Source: Octopus sinensis
Lineage: Eukaryota
Reading direction: 5' to 3'
NCBI RefSeq assembly: GCF_006345805.1
Contig: NC_043000.1
Coordinates: 99,944,001-100,008,000 of the forward strand
Length of the DNA stretch: 64,000 nt
This document shows, piece by piece, positions 13,935 to 23,772 of the stretch. The notes below the pieces were generated by a model. That model did not search any database. It was not told the origin of the DNA and was given only the letters and a program-made list of their open reading frames with translations. A program made the translations under genes and the position numbers. Each line of letters opens with the position of its first letter. The stretch's first letter is position 1.

Positions 13935-14191
13935 TTGCAGCCTGGAAGGTGTTTGTAAGCCATTTAAGAAACACACAAAAACCGTTACATTCACTTCAAC
14001 ATTTAAATTTAATTTGCCAAAATATTTTCGTCGCTTTGAGACCGCGACCTGTTCACTGACAAAAATATCGTGCTAACAGGTCGCGGTCTCAAAGCGACGA
14101 AAATATTTTGACAAATTAAATTTAAATTTTGAAGTGAATCTAACGGTTTTTGTGTTTCTTAAATGGCTTATAAACACCTTCAACGCTGCAA
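13935..14191. repeat. Long inverted repeat (~120-bp arms, 21-nt spacer) of a PLE-type terminal repeat
   Basis: ttgcagcctggaaggtgttt...gaccgcgacctgtt / aacaggtcgcggtc...aaacaccttcaacgctgcaa. Confidence 0.9.
14013..14063 (-). ncRNA. Minimal type I hammerhead ribozyme, G3-C8 core variant
   Basis: uuuguca-GUGAACA-g-GUCGC(ggucucaaa)GCGAC-GAAA-AUAU-UU-uggcaaa: 7-bp stem I, 5-bp stem II, palindromic stem III. Confidence 0.7.
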
Positions 14192-14355
14192 CTGTTTTCA
14201 TTCCAGCACACGATCTCAGATCAAGTCACTTGCTATGCAAGTACATCTCTGTAACTATATATATATTTATATATATATATATATATGTATATTGGTAAAA
14301 ACAGTAAGATAACAACAGAAAGAAAGAGACCTCAATATTATGTAAATAGAGGAAA

Positions 14356-14749
14356 TCTTTATATATAAAAGTGAGGTTGTGTGTCTGTCTCCTACGATTT
14401 AGATTCCTAACTACTCCCACATTTTGCGGTGCAGTTTAACCAAAACCGGGTATCTTATAATCGTGATTCATATCGAGACCGTCTGGGTATTAGCGCGCGT
14501 CTACGATGAGTCTACGATTTAAAAAAAATTTACCATCAATTTTTCCCATTTTTAATCCATTTTTGACATATATAAGGGAAGTAACTCTCTAAAATTTATT
14601 ATTAAATCTCAGAACGTAAAACGCTACAGTAACACCCCTCCCCCTTTGTGGTTAGCCATATTGAGATGGCTATTATACTTTACATCTCTAAAAATGCTTA
14701 TATAATTATTTCCCTTACAAACCCGAGCAACGCCGGGCGATACTGCTAG
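14356..14749 (+). mobile_element. Non-autonomous Helitron (family A), copy 1
   Basis: A|TC...CTAG|T ends, subterminal hairpin cccgagcaacgccggg about 12 nt before the end, no TSD; copies at 17004-17399 and 20226-20739(-). Confidence 0.9.
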
Positions 14750-14990
14750 TCTTATTATAAAAGGCAGATTTTATCTGCCTCCCTTTGGGAGTTATACAAA
14801 TCTACAATATAGGATTTCTTCAATTACAGTTTACCTAGCATTTTTAAGAGTACAATGCATCGCGTCATGCCAGGTCCAGTTTTTAAAATTTAAACTCCAA
14901 TTAAGCAAAATTTACAGAAAACTCACATTCTGGTGTGTGTGTCAAATGTTTTTCTTAATGTGGTTTACACCACACGCAAACGCACACACA
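14750..14990 (+). mobile_element. Helitron-like 5' segment (family B), copy 2, abutting the family A CTAG end
   Basis: Junction tactgCTAG|TCttattataaaaggcag; duplicate of 12636-12880. Confidence 0.6.
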
Positions 14991-15389
14991 CACAAAGGGA
15001 GCGAATTGTTTCACTGACACTATCACCCTTCTCCTCCTTTGTCTTTGCAAGTTGGCAGCTATTAAAGTGAAAACAGTGAATCCGACAGCGATTAAGAACA
15101 CGAATTAGCACCTGAATGGAGTGAAAATTTAAAAACTGTTTCTTTCGGTGATTTTTCTGAAGAAACTGCACCAAGCCACAGACTTTTCCAGACTTTACAC
15201 TATTTACACTATTTACAGACTTTACACTATTTCTATTTACTTTTTCGAATGAGCCCATTTAAAATCATTACGGCAGAAACGAAACGTTATGCTAAACGTA
15301 AACAAAACGAAAGAAACGATAGTTTCTTATTTCCCACAACCTTAAATGAAATTAAGGCCTATTTTGCCATAAATATTATTATGGGTATC

Positions 15390-16653
15390 AGAAAGTTACC
15401 CAGAATAAAAATTCTATCGTAAAATTTTGTTGTATACCCATTGAATATTAGCTAATAACCCATTTTCTATAGCGATGTTTGAACAAAATTTTAATAATTT
15501 TACAGAAAGTTACCCAGAATACAAATTCCATCGTAAAATTTTGTTGTATACCCAATTGAATATTAGCTAATAACCCATTTTCTATAGCGATGTTTGAACA
15601 AAATTTTAATAATTTTACAGAAAGTTACCCAGAATAACAAATTCAATTGTAAAATTTTGTTGTATACCCAATTGAATATTAGCTAATAACCCATTTTCTA
15701 TAGCGATGTTTGAACAAAATTTTAATAATTTTACAGAAAGTTACCCAGAATAACAAATTCCATCGTAAAATTTTGTTGTATACCCAATTGAATATTAGCT
15801 AATAACCCATTTTTATAGCGATGTTTGAACAAAATTTTAATAATTTTACAGAAAGTTACCCAGAATAACAAATTCTATCGTAAAATTTTGTTGTATACCC
15901 AATTGAATATTAGCTAATAACCATTTTCTATAGCGATGTTTGAACAAAATTTTAATAATTTTACAGAAAGTTACCCAGAATAACAATTCAATTGTAAAAT
16001 TTTGTTGTATACCCAATTGAATATTAGTAATAACCCATTTTCTATAGCGTGTTTGAACAAAATTTTAATAATTTTACAGAAAGTTACCCAGAATAACAAA
16101 TTCAATTGTAAAATTTTGTTGTATACCCAATTGAATATTAGCTAATAACCCATTTTCTATAGCGATGTTTGAACAAAATTTTAATAATTTTACAGAAAGT
16201 TACCCAGAATAACAAATTCTATCGTAAAAGTTTGTTGTATACCCAATGAATATTAGCTAATAACCCATTTTCTATAGCGATTTTGAACAAAATTTTAATA
16301 ATTTTACAGAAAGTTACCCAGAATAACAAATTCTATTGTAAAATTTTGTTGTATACCCAATTGAATATTAGCTAATAACCCATTTTCTATAGCGATGTTT
16401 GAACAAAATTTTAATAATTTTACAGAAAGTTACCCAGAATAACAAATTCAATTGTAAAATTTTGTTGTATACCCAATTGAATATTAGCTAATAATCCATT
16501 TTCTATAGCGATGTTTGAACAAAATTTTAATATTTTTACAGAAAGTTACCCAGAATAACAAATTCTATCGTAAAATTTTGTTGTATACCCAATTGAATAT
16601 TAGCTAATAACCCATTTTCTATAGCGATGTTTGAACAAAATTTTAATAATTTT
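15390..16653. repeat. Satellite array, ~116-bp unit, 11 copies
   Basis: agaaagttacccagaat starts at 15390, 15504, 15619, 15735, 15850, 15965, 16078, 16194, 16308, 16424, 16540; units near-identical. Confidence 0.97.
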
Positions 16654-17003
16654 ATATATTGTTGAATTTACCTGTATCTACCTGCAATTAGAGTCACTTT
16701 GTGACAAAAATTATAGTATAGAATTGGTTGAGGACATTTCATTAAATTATCTTCCAAAAATCACATTAGTATATTGATAAATAAAAAAGTTATAGTTGTT
16801 TAATGAAACCAGACTAAATTTATGATTACGTTAGAAATTAATTGAAACACATAAGGGGTGTATTTTGGTCAGAAATATAGTAACGAAAGGATTAAGAAAA
16901 ACCAAAAAATATTTTATTCTTTATAAATGTTGTATTCAAAATAACATTTTCTTTTAAGAATGCGTATATAACAAAGTATGTGTATATAACTACGTGGCTT
17001 ATA

Positions 17004-17399
17004 TCTTTATATATAAGAGTGAAGTTGTGTGTCTGTCTCCTACGATTTAGATTCCTAACTACTCCCACATTTTGCGGTGCAGTGTAACCAAAAGCGGGTA
17101 TCTTATAGTCGTGATTCATATCGAGCCCTTCTGGGTATTAGCGCGCGTCTACGATGAGTCTACGATTTAAAAAAATTTACCATCATATTTTTCCATTTTA
17201 ATGCATTTTTTCGCTATTATATAAGGGAAGTAACTCTCTAAAAATATCTACGATGTGTCAACGATTTAAAAAGAAATTTACCTTAATTTTTTTTCCATTT
17301 TTTATGCATTTTTTTCCTATTTTTTGGCTATAACTCTCTAAAAATGCTTATATAGTTATTTCCCTTACAAACCCGAGCAACGCCGGGCGATACTGCTAG
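17004..17399 (+). mobile_element. Non-autonomous Helitron (family A), copy 2
   Basis: A|TCTTTATATATAAGAG...cccgagcaacgccgggcgatactgCTAG|T. Confidence 0.9.
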
Positions 17400-17531
17400 T
17401 ATATATATATATATGTATATATACATATGTATATATATATGTATATATATATAAGTATATATGTATATGTATGTATATATATGTGTATGTATATATGTAT
17501 ATGTATATATATGCAAATACACATGTATATA

Positions 17532-17584
<53 letters not shown>

Positions 17585-17977
17585 GAATAGTAGAATAGAA
17601 CATACATATCAAAACTGGAAGTCTTTGGCAAATTATTTGGCATTACTCAAGAATATTTATTTCATAACAAAGAGTAAAAATAAACTATATGCTTTATTTA
17701 TACTTTATATTTTATTTGTATTCTTTACTATGGAGGAAATATTTTCCAGATAAAGTAAATGCCTTACTTGTCCGTCTCTCATATTTTTTAATGCTTACAC
17801 CCGTTGAATCAGGTCCCGCTTTTAGCCCCTTTGGATAGGCAGTTTCAACACCTCGTTTCTATTTACATTTCAAGCAGGAGCTTTAGTGGTAAACCGATCT
17901 AAGCACTCATCGTGCGTACCTACTAATATACGTCAATCGACGTATACTACTTGTATCTCACCTCGCTTTCTCTACCG

Positions 17978-18095
<118 letters not shown>

Positions 18096-18399
18096 AATAC
18101 ATACACACATACATTATCATGAATGTGTGTATGTGTGTACTGATGAAATATAACATTATTCTCTTCGACTGTTCGTGCCGATAATATTGGATAAATAATT
18201 GAATAAGTACAAAAATAAGACATGATAATTGAATTATGGAATACACTAATGGTTGATTCCAATTTCAATCTAATAATAAATTATAATGATTGACATTCAG
18301 CGGAAAGAGAATACGATGAATTTCATTGGCAAATTGGCAAATAGTATGAAATTTTAATACATAATTTAAAGTAACAAAAAAATTTTCGTCGTTTATTTT

Positions 18400-20224
18400 A
18401 TAATGGTCTTCGTCGCACCGGTGTTCTTCTCTGCCTGGTGGATTTCTGCTGTTTCGGTGCCGATCAATTTCGCATAGCACTCAGTAATCGAATTAACCGA
18501 ATGTATGTTTCGTGTTGGCAATGGCGCCGAGTAATCATGTAACCGAATCTGATTCTGGCGCTTTTACCATTGACCCTTGTCTGTTTGAGTCAAGTACATC
18601 ACCGAACAAGGAATATGCCACCGATTGATTTAGTTATGTTTCAGTAATTTCTGACAAATAATGATTGTTCAATGTATAATCCCATTGGAACCGTTTGTCT
18701 ATTTGTCTTCCACTTGCCTATGGTTGACGCCAGTAACAATGACATCTTTGCTCGAAGTTGTTAGTCGTACATCACATCTGCCAGCGACTTTCTGCCCTGG
18801 ATGACTGCAGAACGGTACAAAAAGAAAAAACTAACTAAAAAAACAAAAAGCAAAGAAAGGATTGATTGTTTGAACAAAGTGATCTGCTTTATCGTTTGAT
18901 AGCGGATTAAAAACAAGTTAAGTACTTATTTGATTTTAGCTTGTTTGAATTCAAATGTCGTAAACAAAATTCCATTGGTGGTCATCCATGTCTTGGTAGG
19001 TCTTTCACTGTTGAAAATTCTACTGTCAGTATTCCATTTTAGTTGTTGATGTTCTCTAAGTCACATATAGATATTTCGAGAACGAATCAATGACAACAAT
19101 GCCCACACTTTATCGCGAAGTCGGTATAAATTCGTTACCATAATCCAGATGTTTTTGCAAGCCTTTTTATTATTTATCAGGTACATAAACAACTGATGAC
19201 TTGCTGAACATGCTGTTTTTTTTAAAAAAAACAACATATTGATATGGATTGCATTTTCGGTCAATAACAGCATTTATGGCTAATTTATTTCGATCACTCT
19301 ATGCCACAGTGACCTTCATGCAATTAAGTTCGAATTTTATTGTGTAATATTTCCGAAATAATTACTATGGAAAAGGTGGACAGCAGCAACACCAACAAGA
19401 ACAACAACAATAACAATAAATTTCCGTAATAATTAATTGCATCACTTTTTATACAATATTCTCTTAGATGTTCGTTCTCAATATTTAGTTTTTCCGGCCA
19501 ACCATTATCGACGAATTGTTTAATTCAAATAATATCGATATTAGGCTTCATGGATGATTCAATTTCTTTAGTAGTAACCGACATTCCATGAGAACTTTCA
19601 TCAATAATTTGAAGCATTTCGAATCCAAGCAGAATGTGATTTTTATGACTTTCTCAAAATCGTAATCGGGTTAGATGGGAAATTTTGAAAATGTATCAGT
19701 AGTTTCGTATTGCTTCGAAGTGAGATACCGTTCTGCATATTTATATTACGCCAATAACATTGCCCAACGTTCCAGTTGTTGAAGCGCAAGTATTGTTAAC
19801 CGGGGAGAATATTTGTATTGGTGGTTTTAAAATGCTGTTCTTTTAGAGATTGATCATATTTATGAAGACCGAATATAATAGGTAATCCCTCTTTATTTCT
19901 AAAAATCTCCATTCATTTGCATTCATTATTTTAGATGCACGAGAGCCAATGGACGTTCAAATCCATTTTCACATTGTATCAGAACCATTCTCATAACCAC
20001 TGGCAATGCTTCTCACTTCCAAAGTTAATGGCGTAATCTCTGTGGCTTCAGATATTGGTAATTTCAATTAACCAGAATATTGTTGATAGCCATCTGATAA
20101 TTTAAATGGTTCATTCTTGCTTTGTTAGATTGTACGCAGGTGCTATAAAGTTTGTAACACTCTTAATGCACTTTCGTAACAAATAATTTTCGCAGAGTTT
20201 GGAATTTTTAACCTTTTATCAATG
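18400..20224 (-). mobile_element. Gypsy/Ty3 LTR retrotransposon pol remnant (RNase H to integrase)
   Basis: Manual translation: EGLPIIFGLHKYDQSL (RNase H), FVDNGWPEK...LREY, LHEGHCGIE (H2C2), VVIDSFSKY, TTNGILFTTFEFKQ, FLYRSA...KSLADVMY, NQIRL, KSTRQRRTP; many stops. Confidence 0.85.
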
Positions 20225-20225
20225 A

Positions 20226-20739
20226 CTAGCAGTATCGCCCGGCGTTGCTCGGGTTTGTAAGGGAAATAACTATATAAGCATTTTTAGAGAGTTACTTCCC
20301 TTATAGATGCCAATTCGGGCTTTCTTAGCCATTTCTGTTTTGGTGTCTTCAAGCCATGAAGTCGTTGTTCTAAAAGAACGCTGGTCTCCTTGACAACGCT
20401 TTACGACGTTGATTTCCTTACACTCCCTTCCCCACAGCTTCACGAGGGAGGGAAGAAGGGGGAGAAGCAACACAGGTGCAGGTGTGACCATGGACGCCAA
20501 CTCCGCCGCCATCGACACACGAAAAAATATGCATTAAAATGGAATAAAAAATGATGTTAAATTATTTTAAAAATCGTAGACTCATCGTAGACGCGCGCTA
20601 ATACCCAGACGGGCTCGATATAAATCACGACTATAAGATACTCGAATTTGGTTAAACTGCACCGCAAAATGTGGGAGTAGTTAGGAATCTAAATCGTAGG
20701 AGACAGACACTCACACAACTACAGTTTTATATATATAGA
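20226..20739 (-). mobile_element. Non-autonomous Helitron (family A), copy 3, with a different internal segment
   Basis: Same termini and hairpin on the minus strand; ~20305-20520 absent from copies 1 and 2. Confidence 0.9.
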
Positions 20740-20869
20740 TATCGACCCCAGTACGTATTTCTTAAAAATCTGGTTGCCATTCTATTGGTAACTTTAGCCG
20801 AACCGAGTGTCAATACAAGGCTCACAGGCGTGGCTGTGTGGTAAGACGCCTGCTTCCCAAACCAAATGG

Positions 20870-20906
20870 CTATTGAAAAGGTTGCAAGACGCAACGAAAA
20901 TTTTAG
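20870..20906 (+). ncRNA. Minimal type I hammerhead ribozyme, U3-A8 core variant
   Basis: cua-UUGAAAA-g-GUUGC(aagac)GCAAC-GAAA-AU-UU-uag. Confidence 0.6.
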
Positions 20907-21058
20907 GAAAATAAAAATAAGAAATAAGTGGAAATTTTACCGGTGGGTGTGTCAAATTATAAGGTACAAAAAGAAAATGACTCTCCCCAGGCACAACAGA
21001 ATATGCTTCAACATACGAACTCACATAAAGAATCTTGCAAACCAAATCCAAAAAGGAA

Positions 21059-21089
<31 letters not shown>

Positions 21090-21527
21090 CATACACCAAT
21101 ATTGGTGTGTTTATGTCTCCGTAAATTAGCGGTTCGGCAAAAAGACCGATAGAATAAGTATTAGGCTTAAAAAAGATAAGTCTTGGGGTTCTTTTGTTCG
21201 ACTAAAATTCTTCGAGGTGCTGGTCCAGCATGGTTACAGTCAAATGATTGAAACAAGTAAAAGAATAAAAGAGTATGATGAGTTTCTTTCAGTTTCCACC
21301 TACCAAATCCACTCATAAGGCCTTAGCTGACCCAGAGCTGTAGTTGAAAACACTTGAATAGGGTAACACGTAATGGGATTGAACTGAAAATCATGTAGTT
21401 GGAAGCAAGCTTCTTACCATACAGCCATATATATGTAAAATGCATTAATAAACATGTACGTATGGTTCATTCATTATTTACACTATTTACAATTGATGGA
21501 TATTTGTCCTCATCTTGCTTGTTGTTT

Positions 21528-21571
21528 ACACAACGTTTCGGCTGATATACCCTCCAGCCTTCATCAGGTAT
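21528..21571 (-). ncRNA. Minimal type I hammerhead ribozyme
   Basis: auac-CUGAUGA-a-GGCUG(gaggguauau)CAGCC-GAAA-CG-UU-gugu; canonical core, palindromic ACGU stem III. Confidence 0.8.
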
Positions 21572-21887
21572 CTTGGGGAAATTTTACCACCTCAGAATAA
21601 GAGTAGACGAACATCGCAAAGCTGTGACACGAGAAGATATTGATAAATCGGGTATAGATGATCATGTATGGAAAAATGGAGACCACCTCCCTCTGTGGGA
21701 TAAAGTTAAAATAATAGAGAACACCACTAGAAAATACGAAAACTAAAAGAAGTAGCACACATGCTAAAACACAAAACCCCCTAAGCAGACCGAGTGCAGA
21801 TATGAATAGCATATAGGAACCGGTATTAAGGATGAATAGGAAAATATTAGATTTATAAACCCTAAAATTCACTCCATAATTGCGTAC

Positions 21888-21960
21888 GGGCATATGGCGT
21901 AGTGATTAAGAACGCGGGCTACTAACCCCAATATTCCGAGTTTGATTCCAGGCAGTGACC
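21888..21960 (+). other. tRNA-like (Pol III A/B box) segment within the PLE 3' repeat
   Basis: tggcgtagtgattaag (A box), gggCTACTAAccc stem-loop, gagtttgattcc (B box); poor acceptor stem, so not a functional tRNA. Confidence 0.65.
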
Positions 21961-22563
21961 TGAATAATAATAATAATAATAATAACATCGAAAAATACCT
22001 TAGGAATGAGAACCCAGGTTCGAAATTTCCCCAAGACACCTCATGAAAGGTGGAGTTAACAACAAACAAGATGAGGACACATATCCGTGAAATGTAAATA
22101 ATATACATAATTCCTCATCTCTTAAATATAGAATTGCATGTACGTATGTTTGTATTCTTTTATTTTTACTAGCTTCAGCCATTGGACTTGAACTATACTT
22201 AGGTATCACCTTAGAGGGGTTCTTTTTTTTGTTCATCAAATCGACTCCAGGTCACTTTTATTTGCCTAAACCGGTAACTTACTGGGTTTTAACAAACTTA
22301 CATCGGTTATCAACAATGTGACAGGCAAACACAAATTCAAATGCACACATACATGTACATATGCTTTTATACTTTTTCTAGTTCCGATCATCGGTCTGCT
22401 ATCAGGCTGTGGCATCGTCTTCAAGAAATTAACCGATCCATTCTATAGACTTACTTTTGTCTGGTACTTAAATTCATCTATCTAATGGGCGTTCTTGCAT
22501 GACTGACATGGCAGTCAACGACACAAGTCATGAAATATCTAAGCTGTAAATCTTGAGCATGAA

Positions 22564-22905
22564 AGCGTATGGCTCAGTGGTTAGAGCGTCGGACTCACAA
22601 TCATGAGATAGTGAGTTCGATTCCCGGACTGGGCTGTGTGTTGTGTTCTTGAGAAGACACTTTTATTTCATGTTACTTCTGTTCGCTCGGCTGCAGAAAC
22701 GAGTAGTTGCGATGTCACTAGTTCCTAGCTATATCGACCTTTACTTTCCCTTGGATAATATCGGTGATGTGGAGAGGGGTGACTGCTATGCATGGGCGTC
22801 TGCTGGTCTTCCATAAGCAACCTTGTCCAGACTTGTGTCACGGAGGGTAACTTTCTAGGTACAATCTCATGGTCATTCATGACCGAAGGAGATCTTTACC
22901 CTTTT
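22564..22905 (+). mobile_element. tRNA-derived SINE with CORE-like domain
   Basis: tggctcagtggttagagcg ... gagttcgattccc head followed by gtgttcttgagaagacactt. Confidence 0.75.
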
Positions 22906-23427
22906 TTTAAAACCCTAATTACAAGAATTATATTGATTAATGTCAGCTTTGACTACCCAAGTATTAATCGGAAACTTTTTTACTTGGAATAAATGTTTAA
23001 GTTTTTTTTTTAAAGAGGATTCAGAAAATGTGGCGTACGTGACATCGCACAAAATAACTATTTTCACCGGAAAATATTGACTACTAATTCCTCTGAATTA
23101 CTCCAAAGCAGCACGAAAAAACCTCACTGTGTTCTTTTACAGTGACCTTGAAATGTCGAAAATGCTAATGAGTTGACTGAATTTTGGTCACAATTCTCAT
23201 TTTCCTGGTATGACGTATCTGACGAAAATGGATCAGATATTTTCAAGATATATTTTCTCTATCTTCCAACGTCGATATTTGGTAGAAAATGAACACTTTC
23301 AATATACTTTTACATTTAATTAGTAATTTTCGTGGGCATTCTAAAACTTTTTGTAAATCCTGTTTTGGTTTAACTTTCTTGACAATAGCCTTCAATAAGT
23401 TTTGTTTTCTACGGCTATCAATGTGCT

Positions 23428-23514
<87 letters not shown>

Positions 23515-23515
<1 letters not shown>

Positions 23516-23698
23516 TGGCGATTTTTCCCTCCGTCTTCCCTTCTTTGGATCTTTCCTTTTCCTATGTTTCTGACGAAGATCTCCGCTCGAAACGTTAAAC
23601 CCTCCTTCTTTCCTGAACGTCCAATAATACTATACTTGTTCCACGTCCTCGCGTTGTGTTTTCTCTTTGTGTTTTCATGTTTGGATTAACTTTATACA
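23515..23698 (+). mobile_element. ~185-bp non-coding element carrying a hammerhead motif (23566-23600), embedded in (TA)n
   Basis: guuu-CUGACGA-a-GAUC(ucc)GCUC-GAAA-CG-UU-aaac; second copy at 45651-45833(-). Confidence 0.75.
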
Positions 23699-23718
23699 TA
23701 TATATATATATATATATC

Positions 23719-23772
<54 letters not shown>

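Larger units (their letters stand above)
21480..22135 (+). mobile_element. 5'-truncated Penelope-like element with inverted terminal repeat and GIY-YIG C-terminus
   Basis: 21590-21835 reads LRIRVDEHRKAV...KSGIDDHVWKNGDHLPLWDKVKIIE...IRKLKEVAHML; 21485-21585 is the reverse complement of 22023-22100. Confidence 0.8.

Noticed and set aside
15390-16653. Possible CRISPR-like array
   Set aside because: Whole units are near-identical with no unique spacers and no cas genes; it is a satellite
17520-17582. Recurrent single phase shifts (tt or aa) inside long (TA)n tracts
   Set aside because: Most simply sequencing or consensus error, or ordinary slippage; cannot be judged without reads
21888-21960. 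Functional tRNA gene
   Set aside because: Acceptor stem does not pair, B box is mutated and there is no poly-T terminator; the same applies to the SINE heads at 22564 and 44449
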